Assembly: GCF_041956535.1 (NCBI RefSeq)
Contig: NW_027192202.1
Span: 110,018-174,017, forward strand
Direction: 5' to 3'
Origin: Calcarisporiella thermophila CBS 279.70
Taxonomy: Eukaryota; Fungi; Calcarisporiellomycota
DNA length: 64,000 nucleotides
Below are positions 11,523 to 24,470 of this stretch, piece after piece. Made by a program: the position numbers and the translations under genes. Positions within the stretch are counted from its first letter, which is position 1. Every line of letters begins with the position of its first letter. The notes under the pieces are model-generated. The model made no database searches. It saw nothing but the letters and a program-made list of their open reading frames with translations, and was not told where the DNA came from.

Positions 11523-12062
11523 ATGTCCAACATCAACAATCTAGCCATTATTAAGGCAGCAGAATAGCTCCTTCAACAATTTCCACAAGCAGCCCTTATC
11601 CATCGAGATCTTAAAACCCGCTGAAAGAAGAGGACATAACGGAAGAGATACGCACAATTATCCCTCACCCCCAACTTGCTTGAACTATTACGCTGGCACA
11701 ACGGTACGAATAAGTCTAACTTCACGTGTGAAGGCCAAATGATGGACGCAGCGTTAATTGTAAAAAAGTATAATGATACCAGAAGCTCACTTTCGGATTT
11801 TCCAAAGGAGGAGCACGATCCGTATTATCCTGCGTACATCAGCCCATTCATTGATGCTTAGAATGCGGACATGTTTTATGACAAGAGAACCGTTAAGGTT
11901 GGCTTCAAGCTCAACGGCGAGGGAGCGGATGAGATCGAATGGCTACCAAATCTAGAAGCGCGCTTAATTCAGGCTAAGGAGGATATGGAATCGGGTAGAG
12001 TAACCCTTAAAGATGGGTATTATTTATATAAAATTCTAGAGGAAGACGCGGATGAAGAATAA
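11523..12062 (+). pseudogene. Intronless orphan pseudogene (~180 codons, four in-frame stops)
   Basis: The ATG at 11523 and ORFs 11676-11861 and 11871-12062 share one frame: MSNINNLAIIKAAE*LLQQF..KTR*KKRT*RKRYAQ..FIDA*NADMFYD..EEDADEE. Confidence 0.5.
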
Positions 12063-12192
12063 TGCTCTTCAACCATAAATACTATATAATATATAGCATT
12101 CGTGATTTAGAAATTGAGCTGTGCCACACCTTGTTTGCACTAATCAAGTGTACTCTCGAGTATCTAAAACCTATTCACTACAATAAAAAACC

Positions 12193-13770
12193 ATGGCAGA
12201 CATTTTTGCCAGCACAATAGATAGCGGCTTTCAAGTCACACACCCTGCGCATCATAAAATCTCCAAGGTCCGGTGGGCGAACACAGAAACTTACAGCGAT
12301 CGCGAACTATTATTTGTAACAGGGGGTTGGGACTCTGGAGAAGTAAATTATTTGAGATAAAATAGCATTTCTATTTTGAATGGAATGGTAAACGCGTTCA
12401 TGACTTGCTTTAGAACAATGGAATCGCATTGTGGGCACTAGATAATCCTCAGCAAGATCAAGACACGCCTCTCGATGAGCGGCACCCTCGTCAACTTGCG
12501 GAGATACGCCATTCAGGGGACCTCACGGACCTTGCTTTCACGCGCAAGGCTGAGGTGGTTGTCAGCGGGACATCAACTGGATACATCAACACATATAAAA
12601 TAACACGTGTAAGTGCTCTATTGATCTCGAAAATGCATTAATACGAGGAAATGGTTTCAAGAATTTGTCGGTAATTAGAGCGACGACTCGACTTCGGCCA
12701 ATATCGAGGAGATCTCCTCAGTTCTACGACACCAAAATACTTCATTAAATCGCCCTGTTGCCTGCACCAGCTTGGCGGTTCAACCTAGTTTTAGCGCTAA
12801 TCCTGAGGTAGTAAGTTGCGGAGATGACGGGAAGTTAGTGGTGTCCAGAGTCGAGGATGGAAGGACGGAGAGCTACGGTAAGAGTGTTCCCGCATTGCTG
12901 GCTGTTTGTTTATTTTGTCTAATTCCTTTTTATTCTGGGCAGACGTCGATGCTATGACCGTCAATGCAATATCGTGGGCGTCTCAAAATCAAATTGTGAA
13001 GCGAAATCATTTTCTTTCATTCTCCAGGCCCCGCCTAATTCTTTGTTTCCATTTTAACAGATTATTGTGAGCAGCAGTGGACGAATGAAACTCTTTGATC
13101 GAAGAGATTTAAGAAAACCCACCTCGGTTGTAGCAGAGTAGGTGGTTTCTCATCTCTGACTCTTCGAATTGAAACTTATGAGCGTTTGGTCTCCATGGAT
13201 AGTGAAAAGTCAGATGGCTTAAATTGTATCGCCGTGAATCCGTCGCAGATCAATCGAATTGTCACAGGAAGCGCTACCGGTGGCGTCAAAGTATGGGATC
13301 TAAAGAATCTCTCTGAATCCACATCCCGCAACTATTCTGTGCATAAATCTCCGGGTATGGTTGCCTTGGTATGAAAAACCTAAATGATTGTGAAATAACC
13401 TTTTATTTTTTTATTGATTCCTCTAGTGTGGGAAGTGCTATTCCATCCAATTGAGCCGGAGAAAGTACTCAGTTGCTCCGAAGGTTGGTGTTGAACTTCA
13501 CTCATTTCATAAGGGGTTTTTTTTTTCTAAATTTTATCAACCTGCTTACCCTTAGATGGCAGCTGCTGTTTGACGGATTGGCGCCACTCACCTGAGGAGT
13601 CGCTGCACTATTTCTCGCTGCTCGGATCGGGCGATCAACGCAATCCCGTACGCCCTCTACGGAATGCATACAACCATCTCGGAATTAACACGCTCGACTA
13701 CCACGCCCAAGCAAAGGTGCTGGTTGCGGGGACCGATGGGGAGAGCTTGTTGCTTGATTTTACAATTTAA
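12193..13770 (+). CDS. NUP43: WD40 nucleoporin Nup43-like
   Basis: N-terminus HKISKVRW..FVTGGWDSGE-NNGIALW, then HSGDLTDLAF, VVSCGDDGKL, IVTGSATGGVKVWDL, VWEVLFHP and C-terminal LGINTLD..LVAGTDGESL resemble Nup43. About 7 short introns. Confidence 0.75.
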
Positions 13771-13924
13771 TAAAATTTTTAGTTTTGCACAGCAGAAAAA
13801 GCATCATCACGGGTCTATCTATTCTAGCTCAAGATATCTTGACGAAAAAATAAATATACAACACAATCAAATCAGATCAACACGGGACTATCCCATTCAT
13901 CCACCCAATCCCATCGGAGGCGGT

Positions 13925-15516
13925 CTACAGCCTGGCCTTGGTATCCTTTTCTAATTTCTCAAAGTATGCGCTCAAGAGTCGGCGCTGTATCTTTCCGGTA
14001 GCCGTCTTGGGGATGGACTCCATGATATGTATTTTCTTGGGGCACTTGAATTCGGCCAGCTTCTTCCGGCAATGCTCCTTGAGCTGCTCCTCGATCCCAC
14101 GCTGAGCGGACCGCAGCACCACCGCGGCATGCACCTCTTGGCCATACATCTCATCCTTCCATGCGAACGAGACGGCTTCTGCCACGGCCGGGTGTTCGAG
14201 CAGGGTGGCGTCCACCTCGAGGGGCGATATCTTCTCCCCCCCCCGATTGATGAGCTCTTTGATGCGTCCGGTGAGGACAAGGTATCCGTCGTCGTCAAAG
14301 TACCCCTGGTCTCCGGTGCGGAAGTAGCGGTCCTTGGTAAACGACGATGCGTTTGCGCTCGGGTTGTTGAGGTAGCCCCGGGTCACATTCTCCCCGCGAA
14401 TGCAAACCTCGCCCTCCTTCACCCGTCTGCCCTTCTCGTCCAGGATCACGACCTCCACCCCTTGGGGCAGCCCAACCGTACCTGGCTTACGCTTGAGCGG
14501 GGGGAGTGGATTGGAGGTCATCTGGTGGGATGCTTCTGTCATGGCATACGCTTCCAACACCGGGCATCCCATTGCCTTCTCGAGGGCATGGAAGGTGGGG
14601 GGGGCCAGACTGGAGGATGCGGAGCGAATGAAGCGGATCTTGGGCATGGGATTCGGCAGCGGGTGCCGCAAGATAATTTGATGGATCGTGGGGACGGCGC
14701 TGTACCAATTGCATTGGTAGCGGGTGAAGTCGTTCCAGAACGAGGTGGCGGAGAAACGGGGGGCAATCACCACGCTTCCACCAGCAAGGAGCGATGAGAG
14801 GAGCACGCCGACTAAGCCGTGTACGTGGAAGAGAGGCATGACTAGGTAGGTGCGGTCGTTGGGGGAGAGCTTATATGTTTGCGCAATATTGCTCATGCTC
14901 GTCACTAGGTTTTTGTGAGTTAGCGGCACACCTGGAAAATTCAAAGCCAATCAAGTTAGAAATGCTAAGCGATGAGGGAAGCCTAATGGAATGACTAACC
15001 TTTGGGCCGCCCCGTCGTTCCTGAGGTATGAAGTAATAATGCATTGTCTTGATCCTGGGGTTCCAATTCATATTCTTTTCCGCCATTTTCCTCGTCGAAA
15101 AACTCCAAGCTGACCTCGTTTCCGGCCCATCCTGCTTCCGCAACTCGGGCCCCAAGTGCTCTAGCTGCACTGACTGCTGGGGCAAATGCTCGTACCGAGC
15201 CTCGGGGCACGATGACGACTTTGCTGCGGGAATCCTCGATGTAGAACTTGAATTCCTCTTCCTTGTAGGCGGGATTCAGAGGTGCAGCGAGGAGTCGAGC
15301 ACGGGTGATGCCAAGGAAGGCGCCCACGAATTCGATTCCATTCGGAAGAGCAAAGGACACTACGTCTCCCGGAGAAAGCGGGACACGGCGGATAAGTTGA
15401 CGGGCGAAAGAGAGGGCGATGCGATCAATCTGCGCGTAAGTGAGAGATGGGCCATCAGGAATGATTACGGCGATGCCTTGGGGAGATTTTTTGGAAATGA
15501 CGGGTAGCGTCGACAT
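13925..15516 (-). CDS. PCS60: Peroxisomal acyl-CoA (oxalate-CoA) synthetase, Pcs60-like
   Basis: AMP-binding LLHTSGTTGRPKG|VPLTH, PLFHVHG, EAYAMTEASHQM, FRTGDQG, PKTATGKIQR. C-terminal PTS1 -ARL. One intron at about 14932-14999. Confidence 0.9.
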
Positions 15517-16669
15517 TATGCATAAATTAGAGTGCTGAAGCGGTTTTGCCGAATGCGAAATTGCTCGCCGTTTTTTGGATCTCATCTCTAATATGATGCA
15601 ATTTAGGTTAGGTTTGATATCTCCTAATATTCATCCGGGAAAAAAGTTTAGGAGAACTCAGATGTGCCGCTTAGTCAAAGGCGGTGAAATACAATGGCTG
15701 GTAAATTACATATACCAGTCTTGGCACACTATATCGCGGGTAGACGGGATACTAGATTTTAGGTTGCTAATACAGGTTTGCTCACTCACTGCACTAAGTA
15801 TCTCTTCTTCTTCCTCAAAACCATTCTAGATTTTATCGAGAAACCCACGTGACTAGGCGATGCACTTGGATCCTACATCAGGAATAGAATTCCCCCTTTC
15901 GTGCCGGCAAGCACGAACTATTCGCGTTTTACATCAGGGACATCCCCGCAGTGAGGGGAAGGAAAAGAGACGCTTAGAGAGATATGACATCAAAACCAAA
16001 ATAGGTCGCACCATGGTTGCCAAGATGCGACTGATCGTCGATTGCATTAGTGGCAAAGGAGACGTTATCAGCCGAGTGAACTCAGACATGCTTATGCTTG
16101 GCAGTCTATGCCGCATGGAAGTTGTCATTCTCGGGATTCTTCTCCAGGAGCAGGCCATTAAATAAGGCTCATTAATTAGAGCTGGAGGGAAAACGGGCGG
16201 AAAATTAGGGGTGTTGCAATATGAGAAGAGGTGCGGCCACGAATGGGTGACTGGGGTCTCGGAGCCAGCCTGGGAGAAGTGGGGAGAAGTGGGGAGAGGG
16301 CGGCCGAAGACGCTCTAGAAGGAGGTAAAAAAAGTTCCGTAAATGTAGAGAATGAAAAAGGGACTGCGGAGCTCAGAAATTGCAAGGGCCAGGTTTTTTT
16401 TAGAACGTATGAAAAGTTGAGGGTGTATCATCCGAAACTCTCCTTCTCAAACCTGTTAAACCGTAGCAGAAAAGCAGCAGCAAAATAAGTTAAGCAGCCA
16501 TCACCACACAAGCATCGTCTCATTTACCTCTTTGCACGTGAATCCGTCCGAGAGCCCTCTTTATTTGTATTTTTAGCAAAGATTCATCTCTGAATAGGTA
16601 GAAAACGATTTCCTAAACGGCGACTTCCCGCCCCGGCTGACTAAGCTTTCCCTCTCGGATAGATCCAAC

Positions 16670-17838
16670 ATGAGCGATATTGCAGAGCGGATCCAAGCGG
16701 CTCGCCAGGAGGCAGAGGCGCTCAAAGAGAAAATACGCAAAAAGAAGGAGGCCCTCGCCGACACTTCTTTGCGTGCGCAGGGCGCCAATCTCCCGCCCTT
16801 GCCACGGCTGGCCATGAGAATCCGCCGCTCCTTGCGCGGCCACTTGGCCAAAATATACGCCATGCACTGGTCGATGGACACGCGTCACCTTATTTCCGCA
16901 TCGCAGGACGGCAAGCTTATTATATGGGATGCCTACACCACCAATAAGGTGTACGCTATCCCATTGCGCTCCTCGTGGGTGATGACCTGCGCCTATTCTC
17001 CTAGCGGAAATCTGGTGGCGAGCGGTGGACTGGACAACATATGTTCGATTTATGACCTAAACGGCCGTGAGCCTATCCGCGCGACCCGTGAACTGAGTGC
17101 TCACACGGGATATTTGAGCTGCTGTCGCTTCCTGAACGATCAGCAGATCCTAACAAGTAGCGGCGATATGCTGTGCATGCTGTGGGACATTAACACGGGG
17201 ACGAAAGTCGACGAGTTTAGGGACCATTCTGGAGATGTGATGAGGTAAGTGGGGCTTGGTTGTCGGGCTGATTTGACCACCCTCCTCACACTCGATATCC
17301 GACCCGTTAGTCTATCCCTTTCCCCCTCGAACCCCAACGTCTTTGTTTCGGGCGCTTGCGATGCTACCGCCAAGCTCTGGGACATTCGCACCCGCCGCTG
17401 CGTCCAGACCTTCAGCGGCCACGAATCCGACATCAACTCGGTACAATTTTTCCCAAGTGGCGACGCGTTTGCCACCGGGTCCGACGACGCCTCCTGCCGG
17501 CTGTTTGACCTGCGCGCTGATCGTGAGATGAACCAGTACGCACATGACAACATCCTGTGCGGCATCACCAGCGTCGCCTTTTCGGTCAGCGGTCGACTGC
17601 TTTTTGCGGGCTATGACAATTTCGACTGTAATGTGTGGGACACAAGTGAGTGAATATTATGAGAAGAAGAGGTTAGGTTTCCTTTACAACTAACCGTATC
17701 CGCCAACTCTTAGTTCGCGGTGACCGTGTTGGGGTTCTCCAGGGGCATGAGAATCGCGTTAGTTGTCTCGGCACATCAGGCGACGGGATGGCTCTCTGTA
17801 CCGGCAGTTGGGACAGTATGCTTCGAGTCTGGGCATGA
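16670..17838 (+). CDS. GPB1: Heterotrimeric G-protein beta subunit
   Basis: [70 protein letters not shown]. Two introns at about 17245-17310 and 17648-17712. Confidence 0.97.
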
Positions 17839-18382
17839 TGAATGGAGGTATAGCGAAACCCTTGATGGCTTGGAGTCCTACTGCTGTAATAATAGGTGTC
17901 GACTATTTTCTTTTTTCCTTGATTATTTCCCCCCCCCCCCCCCTTTTACTATTTCCCTCATGATCGCTTTACTGTTGTTGTTTTAATATGATTAGCTTTT
18001 TCTCCCTGCCACCATTGCACACTATGTAATCCAAGCAATCAAACTCTTTTTTTAATCTTCTCTATTTTTCCTTTTTAGTCTGATCTGTTAATGTTACACC
18101 CATTATTGTTGTGATGATTATTTTTCTGTTAGTCTTGCTTTCCCATTTTCCTCACTATCCTTCTCAGTTTCCTCTTGCATAAGATCCCACCGCACTTGCT
18201 ATCTCAGTGAATTTTGTTCATGATTAAAGAAAACAGCACCCGTGTATTGATAAGAAAGCCCCGCCTTCAGTTTGATATCAACGATAAATACGATAAATAG
18301 GAAAGGGTGATGGAAACACAAGTCTACAATAAACCAACGTGTGGCTAAATTACATAGATTAAGGGGGTTGGAGGGGCCAAAA

Positions 18383-20014
18383 TTACACCAGAATAAATGC
18401 TCCCCCCGCCACTGCAGCCACGAGGGCCAGCAGCGCTGTCGGGACCAGCAGCCGCGTCCCGCTCGCAAACTTGGAGAATTTGTCCTCTTTTGGCGGGGGT
18501 GCGTTGGTGGTCGCAGTCTCCTGCGGGCTCACGACATAATTGCTCAGCCAGGTGTAGGTATTAAGGTCCAGGATCTGAACCGTCTGGTTTGCCTCCACAT
18601 ACACGGATGCGTTGGTGAACTCTAGAGCAAAAATATAGAAACATTCAATGGCCCGATTCACCCGCGCTTCACTTGGAGTACCCGTGGAACTTACCTTGCC
18701 CAAAGGCAACCACCATGTACCGCTTTTTGTACAGAAATGCACTATGGAAGGTGCGAGGGTTGGTCACGTTGGTCATCACCGGTGCGGTCCAGTTCCAGCT
18801 GGGGAGATCAAATAGAGCGATATCGGGTTGAGCTGGTACTGGTTTGCCGTCCGCCTATAAGAGGTAGAGGTAAGTATATTTCTCGGGATGATCGAGAGCA
18901 TTGGATGGTGGCACTAGACATACATAAGTCATTCCGCCGTAAACCAAGATCGTTCTGTCATCTATATCAAGGAGTAGGGGTCATTTGAGAATCAGAGCCA
19001 TTCCCGCATACAATTGTATAAGCTCATACTTATGAGTAGGGTGGAATGACCGACACGACCCACCACGGGAATCCCTTGGGCAGCCTGACATGATAAGCAA
19101 AAAAAAAAAAGAGGATAAGATCTATTCTCCCCCGACACCAACGAGGCACAGCATGCACCCACCACATCATGCCACGTATTGTCTTCGGAATAAAAGAGGG
19201 TTGCGTTGGTTCTAATGGTACCGTTTGCGAACTTGCCGCCATACACGAAAAAGCGCCCATCAGGCAAAGGCGTCCATGTGTGGTGAATGGTCTCGCTCCC
19301 GTTAGCGGGCAGCTTTGTCCACAAGGAGCGCAACGGCTGATAAACATAGAGGGAGGGCGAGTGAAGCGCAGCTGGAGATCCATTCGCATTCTACAATACG
19401 AGCAGAGAGTGGTTAGCTATGGGAGCTTTCGGTGGTAGTAGAACTAGGATGCCCCCGAGAGGTACATACATATCCTGCACCGCCATCCAGATATATCATG
19501 TTTTGTTTATTCACAGCCATAGCAGCGTTGTGAAGACGGGGGGGCGCATCTCCCTGCTGGTCCACCGTCCACCATTTCGATTGTTGCAATGACACGTCAA
19601 GAATTTTATCGGAAGGATAAGGCGAATTCCCGCCAAACACCAAAAAGTGTTTACCAACAATGGCGCCTTGATGCAAATGGATCAGTACACCACACACATA
19701 ATGAATTAGACGAGAATGCACTCACATTGGTTATCTGCAATGGGCGGCAATGCCTCAAAGCTCTTCGCGTTCCATGGGGGATTTTGCAGATCGAACGATT
19801 GAGAAAGTGCAAGCTCGAGCATTTCATTCGTGGGTACAGGGGGATTTTGCGGATTTTGGGCATCGCGCACCCATCCACCGTAGCAGTAGAGAGTGCTGTC
19901 ATCCAACGCGCAATTCTGCCCGGTTCGCGGGGCGACGACTTGTTGCGAGCGAGCGGCGGGAAGGCACGCGAGCAAGAGGATCAGCAGCATTCTGCCCAGC
20001 CGTAGATCCGTCAT
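18383..20014 (-). CDS. Secreted or membrane-anchored Kelch-repeat protein
   Basis: Signal peptide MTDLRLGRMLLILLLACLPAARS. Kelch GG motifs (LYCYGG, FLVFGG, IYLDGG, FFVYGG, RVGHS). Hydrophobic C-terminus LLVPTALLALVAAVAGGAFILV. Multiple introns. Confidence 0.8.
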
Positions 20015-20485
20015 GGTGCCGAGGCGGAAAATGCAGGCGCGAGAGAGAAGATGGAACGAGATAAGCCCGCTGCTCCCCCTCGCGCCGAATTGCGTCCCGA
20101 CGGCCAAGTATAATAAAACCTTAATGAATATACTGTGTAACTTTTTTCGGGAATCGAGTGCTTGGACCCCATGGATCGCTCCCACAAGGCGGCGGCGGAG
20201 CAACTCTCCTCAAGCCGGAGATTTGCACGCAGTTCGCGAGGGCAGCCAGGACTCGGGCGGGATACAGGCGTAAGAAATGCATTAAATTAGAGAAACAGTT
20301 TCCAGCACAAGTGTAGAACTTAAGTTAAAGGTAATTGATAAAGAAAGACTTGCAAACACTAACAAGGTAACGTAGGAATAGAATAAAACAAAGCACAATA
20401 AGCCAAAACGGAGCAACTTTCGACCGAGAAAAAACGAATGGAAAAGGGAGTCTTTTTTTTTCAACTTCGAGCCGCGTCGCCAGCC

Positions 20486-23400
20486 TCAGTCATTCTCTCT
20501 TCTTGCTCTGCTGTCGGCCGTCTCGCGGGGTACTTCGGGCAGTGGCGCATATTTATATTTTAGGCCCAGGTGCAGCCCGGCCTCTGCCTCCTCGCCTCCA
20601 GAGGTGGGAGGCAAGACGGGCGTGGCTGGGCTATATTTTCCGGGGGATAAGTCGGGCGAGTATCCTGCTTGGCTGGAATCAAAGTGGTAAGGATGAAGTG
20701 GAGGTGGGTGGCGGGGAAAGTTGTACGCGTCGGGGATTTCGGCCGAGGGGGAGCTCTGCGAGGGGATCGAGGTAGGTGTCGAGGGCGAGGCAAGCCCTGC
20801 AGCCGCTAGGGTGCTCATGGCAATCGTCATCTCATAGGTCGCTCCTCCTCCTCCGCTCACCCTACTCTCTTCGCCTGCGCCGGAGCCACCCGGTGATTGA
20901 ATGATGGTCGTTTCCACGTTGGAGATGGGGGCCAGCCGCGGCAGGACCGCAAAGACTTCGTCCCCGTGGCGCACGAGGTCGGACAACACGCAGTCGTTGA
21001 ACCACACCTCGCTGCCGCCGGCGCCGCCCCCCCCTCCTCCGCCGCCTTGCTGTGACGGTGGCAGCGTGTCGGTCCGGTTATGATCTTGGAAAATCACAGG
21101 GGTAAAGATGAGGGAGAGATTCGTAAGCGTCATCATATTGTAGTCCTGCTGCTCAACCACGCGCGCCAGGTGCAATACCAGTGCGCGAAGCGTCTCGAGC
21201 TGTGCGTCGGGCAGGCTACGCAGCCTAACTTTAAGGCGACGGAGGCGAGTCGCCTCATCAGGGATTTCTTCACGCCAGGTAAATAAAAAAAAAGTAAGAT
21301 GTCAGTCTGGGTGGGAAGGGTGAGCAAAATCAAAATAGGTAGTTACTTGAGTATTCTACACGATCCGGTATAGGGAAAGGGAACAATGGCTCTGGTAGTT
21401 CCCGGAAGTAGTTCTAAATAGTTACCAAAAGAGCGCTTAGCCAACTGGAAGAAAACAGTGCCACCCCCACAAGCTCCATACCTTTAAAAGTCCTGCTATG
21501 GCGGGCAAATCATCCGGGACACCATTGACTCCAAACACGGTCCCCTCCTCGTCTTTTTCGAATGAATGTCGAAGTTTGGTGATCAAATTCTGGCGCGCCG
21601 ACACACGATATACGCCCTTTACGTGGAGTCCTAGGAAGCGTCGAAGAAGATAAGTTGCGAGTCCAATGAAGATTGGGAATTTAGGATCTATCCAGTGCAA
21701 GCATACCTCGCTCGTCGATGTATTTTATACATTTTTCAACTAGAATCGGAATACTCCTCTTCCTCGCTTTTGCATATGCAGTTAATGGGATGCCGAAAAT
21801 AATGTCTAGTGACGAGAGAGGAAAAATAAAAGTTAAGCATTTCCCTTTTGAATTCACTATTTAAACTGGTGCTACCTTTACACGGCCCTGCATAATAATT
21901 CTGCAAATAGTTCCACGTAGAGAGTGAGCATAAAGAAAAATGGAAGCTCTCGCCAAATGACTTCCACCTACCTCATAGCAAACCTTGGCCGGTCGATAGT
22001 TGGCCACATTTTTCAGAGCGTCCATGAAAATTTCTGCGTCTAGCTCCGGATTGACGCAGTCGATCGCCACCTTGAATTGGTTTACAGCCTGTTCATCGAT
22101 GACAAATGAAGGGATAGAATCAATGTCGGTTGATTCGAAAAGCAAAGCCTTCTCTTTCTCTTCTTACCTCCTCCACTGTTTGCTGTAAAGTTTTCTCCAA
22201 AATGACATAGCGCCCAAAGATGCCTTTCAAATAGGAGGTCTTTTCCTTGAGCATAAAATTCAACATCTGGAAGGCCCAATTCATGGTGCTAGTCTGCTCC
22301 TCCCGCAGAGAGTCCAGCTCCACTACCGCTTTTCTATATTCATTCTCTGCGCAAAAAAAAAGAGGGCATCGTGGATCAATGGCATCGTCTCAAACAGGGC
22401 TTGAGCCCTGCATCGAGTCCCCATTCCGAGCTTACCATTCTCGACAATCTCCTTTCTTATCTTCGCGATCTTGACCATGTCGGTGTTGGAGTTGAGATTC
22501 GAGAACATGTTGATAAACTTCTCCAGGCCCTTTGGCTCTCGGCTGTGGGTGTGCGTGTCTTCGTTGTACGGCGGGGTAGTCGTGTAGGCGTGGTCAAGCG
22601 AATCGGAAGAGCCGTCTCGGACGAGGCTGGATGAGGAGGATGAGTCGCCGGGGCGCATGTAGGTGTCCTGAAGGTGGGAGGAGTTTTGGTTGTTTTGGGA
22701 TTGAAGCGCTTGGTTGAGCTCGCGGCATTTTATCTCGTAGTTTCTTTTCAACTAATAGAGGAGGGGTCAGCGTGAGCACAGAGCCTCGGGAGGCAGGGAG
22801 CAGATCTTCAGCCTGTACCTTGGGGACGGTGGTCACCCGCATCTCCAGGTATTGCGAGCTAATGGCCTTCAACACGTCTTTCGACCTCAATCGCATCATT
22901 TCGTGTTTATTCTGCCAACATAGATCCAAGAGTATTAGCATCCTCCCCCACCATTAGAACTCTATGGCGTTGGGCTAGTTACAAGCATGTCCTGCAGCTT
23001 TCTATCAATCTCGTGCAGCGACCCAACGAAATGCCGACGTCTAGCGGCAAGCATCTCCGTCGTGTGATACAGATAGGACCAGGCTTGGAAATAAGTGGTC
23101 GAGCGTGCTTTGCTCTCTATAGATCTAGCGAACCAAACGATTATTACAAGGTCTCTACACAGCATCATCTATTGGCAGATTGGAGCGCAACCTACTTTCT
23201 TGAAGCATCAAGCTCAGTTTGTTTGGCTACTAATCGTTCCAGCGACTAAGATGATCGTTAGTGTCCCAATAGAAAAAAAAAGGGGGGGGGGAATGAAATA
23301 AAGCGCAGCTCTCACCTTGGTATAGTTCTCCTCGATCTCGATCCTGTCCGCACCGCGACCATACAATGCCAAGAAGAGATCCGTCAATACCTCCATCTCC

Positions 23401-23612
23401 ATCATCCCGGACTCCCCTTGCTTCCTCTTCCAAAAAGCGTTCGCTTACCTCTCTTTAAAGTATGCAATGACATTGATCGAGTCCTCCTGGGCCCATTTTG
23501 CAAAGTCCTTCAGATGCTTATTGGCCTGCTCCAGCTCCTGGATCACGGGATCGCCCGTGGAGGAGAAGGCCAGGCGGGAAGCAGAGGCGCGTTTGTCGCG
23601 TGCTGCTTGCAT
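20486..23612 (-). CDS. F-BAR/FCH + RhoGAP protein (Rgd1-like)
   Basis: FCH-like VIAYFKER|IEIEENYTK and coiled coils. RhoGAP GVYRVSAR, DLPAIAGLLK, HLARVVEQQDYNMMTLTNLSLIFTP. Many short introns. Confidence 0.85.
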
Positions 23613-24470
23613 TCTCGTCAGATTCGGGATGGAAAGCGGTGGATGGGATTTCGATTGTATTGTTAGGTTAAATTTATTGTGCCTAGAGCCAAAAATGAGG
23701 TGTTGATAATTGGTGTGACTTGAAATTCTAAACAATCGTGAGCAACTCTAAAAAAAGTAATATCACATCAACCTTACTTTTTTTGTGAGAGGTGGAGAAA
23801 GCCTATCGACAGGGCATATTTCCCCTCCCATATGAATATGGAGCCACCGAGGCTCGACTCGCCTTCCGCTTGGATGGCCCCCTACGTGCGATATCCCGGC
23901 CGCCTCTCTATAGCGTGCAAGGTATCCCAGTGCGGATACTCGCCTCCAAGAAAACGGGTTTCATTTGCTATGGTTTGAATTAAATATCTAGCTTTAATGA
24001 GGAGAGAACTAAATGAAACTGCCAAGTCTCCGGACACCCTCAAAAGCTCCCCACCACCCTTCTACCTCCTCGCGCGAAAAGGCTCCGTTTCAAGCGGCTA
24101 TAGTAATCAGTTCGGCATACCGGACTGCGGCCCCCGTCCGCATCGATTCGGTTTGAAATTTGGCCTGCGGATTCAGCGCCGAGAGGAGGGGGCCTCGTAT
24201 CAGCTCGCGATCACGTTCGGCTTCATAGCGAACGATGCCATGGATTAAAACACTTATTAACGTGGATTATTTTATTGGTTCATTTTAATATAGAGAAAAA
24301 AGTAAAGAAAAAAAAAAGAGATGAATATATTGTATAAAATAAAGCGGATATATATCAGAATTGCCTAAGATAAAAGGAGCTTCAAATGGAGGGGAAAAAG
24401 AAAAGACTCAAAGATAAAAACTTCTAAAAAGCAACTTAAAAACGTTTTTTTTTTCTTTCTTTCTTTCTTA

